NCBI GenBank assembly: GCA_964533995.1
Contig: CAZHOQ010000002.1
Coordinates: 1 to 35,480 of the forward strand
Length of the DNA: 35,480 nt
Origin: an uncultured Gammaproteobacteria bacterium
GTDB taxonomy: Bacteria > Patescibacteriota > Microgenomatia > UBA10105 > UBA927
Direction: 5' to 3'
Under the pieces are notes generated by a model, which was not told the DNA's origin, did not search any database, and worked only from the letters and a program-made list of their open reading frames with translations. The translations under genes were made by a program, and so were the position numbers. Below, one piece after another: positions 34,010 through 35,480 of this stretch. Position 1 is the first letter of the stretch. Each line of letters begins with the position of its first letter.

Positions 34010-34028
34010 GAAATCTTTTGTGCCCGAA

Positions 34029-34814
34029 TCAGTAGTAGAATTCGCTGTCCTGAGCGAAGGACATGAGATACGCTTCATCCTCAGTTAGCTGCGTTTGGTA
34101 TGCCTGAAGGGCGTTCCGTTTGGTTTCCCGTTCCTTGTCCGTCAGAGGGATCTCCACCATATCCGGGATTTTTTCTTCCGAATGGATGACATACCTCCGG
34201 ACTTGGAGCGGTGGCGAGGAATTCCGTGCGGCATCCAGGAGCACCTGATGGGTGATTTGGTGGTCCGGCGCGGTATCGCCGAGGCCGGGGACGTAGATAA
34301 GGGAAGGACGGTGTTGGATAAGCAGGTTTTTTATACCGGCAACGAGTGACGCCCGGGTGTACGGTCGGCCATCAGGTGTCCTTGAGCGCTTGGTAAACGG
34401 GTTGATAAACGGGGTTTCCGTAGCATACGTTTCGGGAAGCCAGTAATCCGGGTAACCCAAAAACGTCACGTCTCGGCGGGACAAGCCAAGCACCTTCAGC
34501 GCGCGTATTTCCTCTTCCCTTCGGACGTTTCCGAACCGGACGAAATCATCGGGGATGAGCTCGGATTCCGGTTTTTTGGTAATCCGGGCGGCGGCTGTGG
34601 CGTACCCGTCACCGTCCGTCAAATTAACGACATGGACGGAATTGCCATTTTGTTTTGCCTGTTGGATGATACCCGCGCAACAGAGGACCGCATCGTCCGG
34701 GTGGGGGGAGAGAATGAGGATATCCGTGCGGGACGGCGCCGTGTTCCGGGTGGCAAGCGCCAGGATCACAAGAAGTATTGCCGATACTACCGCGAAAAAC
34801 CTATGGTATATCAC
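34029..34814 (-). CDS. PIG-L / LmbE-family N-acetylglucosaminyl deacetylase with N-terminal signal anchor
   Basis: 261-aa ORF, GTG start at 34814, TGA stop at 34029-34031. Family motifs are LILSPHPDDAVLCCAG (PHPDD zinc/catalytic motif) and APDHQITHQV (HxxH-type second zinc motif). The N-terminal hydrophobic segment is FFAVVSAILLVILALA. It starts 9 nt after the stop of the upstream - strand gene. Confidence 0.85.
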   Translation of the reverse strand: MIYHRFFAVVSAILLVILALATRNTAPSRTDILILSPHPDDAVLCCAGIIQQAKQNGNSVHVVNLTDGDGYATAAARITKKPESELIPDDFVRFGNVRREEEIRALKVLGLSRRDVTFLGYPDYWLPETYATETPFINPFTKRSRTPDGRPYTRASLVAGIKNLLIQHRPSLIYVPGLGDTAPDHQITHQVLLDAARNSSPPLQVRRYVIHSEEKIPDMVEIPLTDKERETKRNALQAYQTQLTEDEAYLMSFAQDSEFYY

Positions 34815-34823
34815 AGCGGGTGT

Positions 34824-35480
34824 TTAGTGCTTTCGTCGTATGATATACCCCAGGGAAATAAGGGTCAAAAGGGACAGGACAAGCAGGAATGATTTGAGTG
34901 CTGATGGTTCGTAGGAGAATTCAACGGTGTGCGTCCCGGCCTCGTCGAGTTTCACCGCGGTGAAGAAGGGGAATACCGCAAACGCATGGGCCTTTTTCCC
35001 ATCGATTTTTGCCCTCCAGGAAGGATGGAATGATTGCCTGAGAACGACGACACACTCGGTGCAATTGGAAGGAACATCGACGGAAGCCGTGAATATCATG
35101 TCGCCCCGGTTCTTCTGGGAGGTTACGACCAGGGATTTTATGGTATTTGCGTCTTGCACGGGGCTGACGTAACGGGGTATCCCGGCGAATATGTTGTGGA
35201 TGCTTCCGTCGGGCACCCGGTAGGTCACTTCATCCAGCATGCGGAAGTTGGGGAGACCCGTTTGTTTGGGGTAGTCCGTGTCGAAGGTCAGCTCCGGGAA
35301 GAGTTGCTGTTTTGGGGCATCGGAGTGCATCCAGAGTCTCATCAGCGAACGGTAATCGGTTTTTGCGGTGCTTACGGTTGCCGGGCGCGTACCCGTCGTG
35401 ACATATCCGCCGGTTGCCACTTCGTATAGTTTCCATGTCTTTCCTGACTCTGCAAGCTTCCAGAACGGCTGTATGTGTTT
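34824..35480 (-). CDS. 3' portion of a YfhO-like / GT-C-type membrane protein gene (5' end outside the window)
   Basis: The frame is open from the window edge (35480) to the TAA at 34824-34826; the GTG at 35420 in the ORF track is therefore not necessarily the start. The C-terminal pattern VVLRQSFHPSWRAKIDGKKAHAFAVFPFFTAVKLDEAGTHTVEFSYEPSALKSFLLVLSLLTLISLG matches the conserved tail I recall for YfhO-type membrane proteins (y.pGWkayvDGk...i...n..f.gv.v..G.H.v.f.Y.p), plus a final TM helix. Confidence 0.65.
   Translation of the reverse strand, partial: KHIQPFWKLAESGKTWKLYEVATGGYVTTGTRPATVSTAKTDYRSLMRLWMHSDAPKQQLFPELTFDTDYPKQTGLPNFRMLDEVTYRVPDGSIHNIFAGIPRYVSPVQDANTIKSLVVTSQKNRGDMIFTASVDVPSNCTECVVVLRQSFHPSWRAKIDGKKAHAFAVFPFFTAVKLDEAGTHTVEFSYEPSALKSFLLVLSLLTLISLGYIIRRKH

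Noticed and set aside
3-33911. About 150 short ORFs (60-278 aa) in the other five frames overlapping the giant ORF
   Set aside because: They are shadow ORFs inside a strongly coding frame. None carries a recognisable motif, many are Arg/Pro/Gly-rich as expected from out-of-frame reading of GC-rich coding DNA, and all are far shorter than the frame they overlap.
8-34009. NRPS/PKS megasynthase
   Set aside because: I found no condensation (HHxxxDG), adenylation core, carrier-protein (GGxS / LGxDS) or ketosynthase (C-H-H) motifs. The near-absence of Cys also excludes KS and thioesterase-Cys chemistry, and there is no module periodicity.
8-34009. Tandem-repeat adhesin / RTX / Rhs-type giant protein
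   Set aside because: No long tandem arrays are visible at DNA or protein level, and there are no GGxGxD nonapeptides or YD repeats. The only internal repeats are a few dispersed paralogous modules and the short Cys loops.
8-34009. The 34-kb ORF as an assembly chimera of several genes
   Set aside because: A single frame is maintained without a stop across every junction, and composition is uniform by eye. The peculiar Cys-avoidance and the loop motif recur along the last two thirds of the ORF. Collapse or expansion at the dispersed repeats still cannot be excluded without long reads.
34010-34028. Bidirectional rho-independent terminator between the convergent genes
   Set aside because: The gap is only 19 nt. 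The best inverted repeat reaching into the flanks is a 4-bp cggg/cccg pairing with a long loop and no U-tract.
1-35480. tRNA, rRNA, CRISPR arrays, IS elements, integrases or prophage genes
   Set aside because: No short direct-repeat/spacer periodicity, no terminal inverted repeats flanking a transposase-like ORF and no cloverleaf-like or rRNA-like segments were noticed. Essentially all sequence is accounted for by the three CDSs.

Overview
About 96% of this 35,480-nt window is one + strand ORF (nt 8..34009, 11,333 codons, TAG stop at 34007-34009). Its frame is also open back to nt 2, so the true start may lie upstream of the window. No other frame inside it holds an ORF longer than 278 aa, so this is real coding sequence.

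It is neither an NRPS/PKS megasynthase nor a tandem-repeat adhesin. It is a largely non-repetitive chain in which I can read, in order:
- two paralogous super-modules, each with tandem GGDEF-like palm domains (only the first keeps GGDEY), flanking a class-V PLP-enzyme-like domain
- two paralogous alpha/beta-hydrolase domains (GQSTG, GHSLGG)
- a GT2-like glycosyltransferase domain
- a two-helix TM hairpin
- two paralogous HExxH...E zincin domains
- a CPBP/Abi-type intramembrane protease domain (EExxxR, FxxxH, HxxxN)
- a weak kinase-like region
- a HAD-IIB phosphatase domain (DFDGT ... GDSAEGND)
- a C-terminal 30-Cys region followed by a third zincin (HEFFHNWAYQH)

The most unusual signals are:
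1. Extreme cysteine depletion. By manual scan I find only 14 Cys in the first 10,704 residues and none between residues 64 and 4338, and every one sits in a short-range pair.
2. Six copies of a conserved Cys-bounded loop of 17-24 residues carrying a [VA]-[YFH]-A-[QA] (A-x-A-like) site. They punctuate the C-terminal ~7,000 residues into blocks, each with its own enzyme domain.
3. A 41-nt perfectly identical in-frame direct repeat just after loops 2 and 3, embedded in flanks whose synonymous sites have diverged.

My working model is inference only: a secreted or surface multi-effector polyprotein with disulfide-tethered nicking loops.

Downstream, convergent on the - strand, are a PIG-L/LmbE-family deacetylase gene and the 3' part of a YfhO-like membrane protein gene that runs off the window. 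I recognised no rRNA, tRNA, CRISPR array, transposase or prophage hallmark. Lineage cannot be determined from the sequence alone. All domain calls are motif reading by eye, not database hits.
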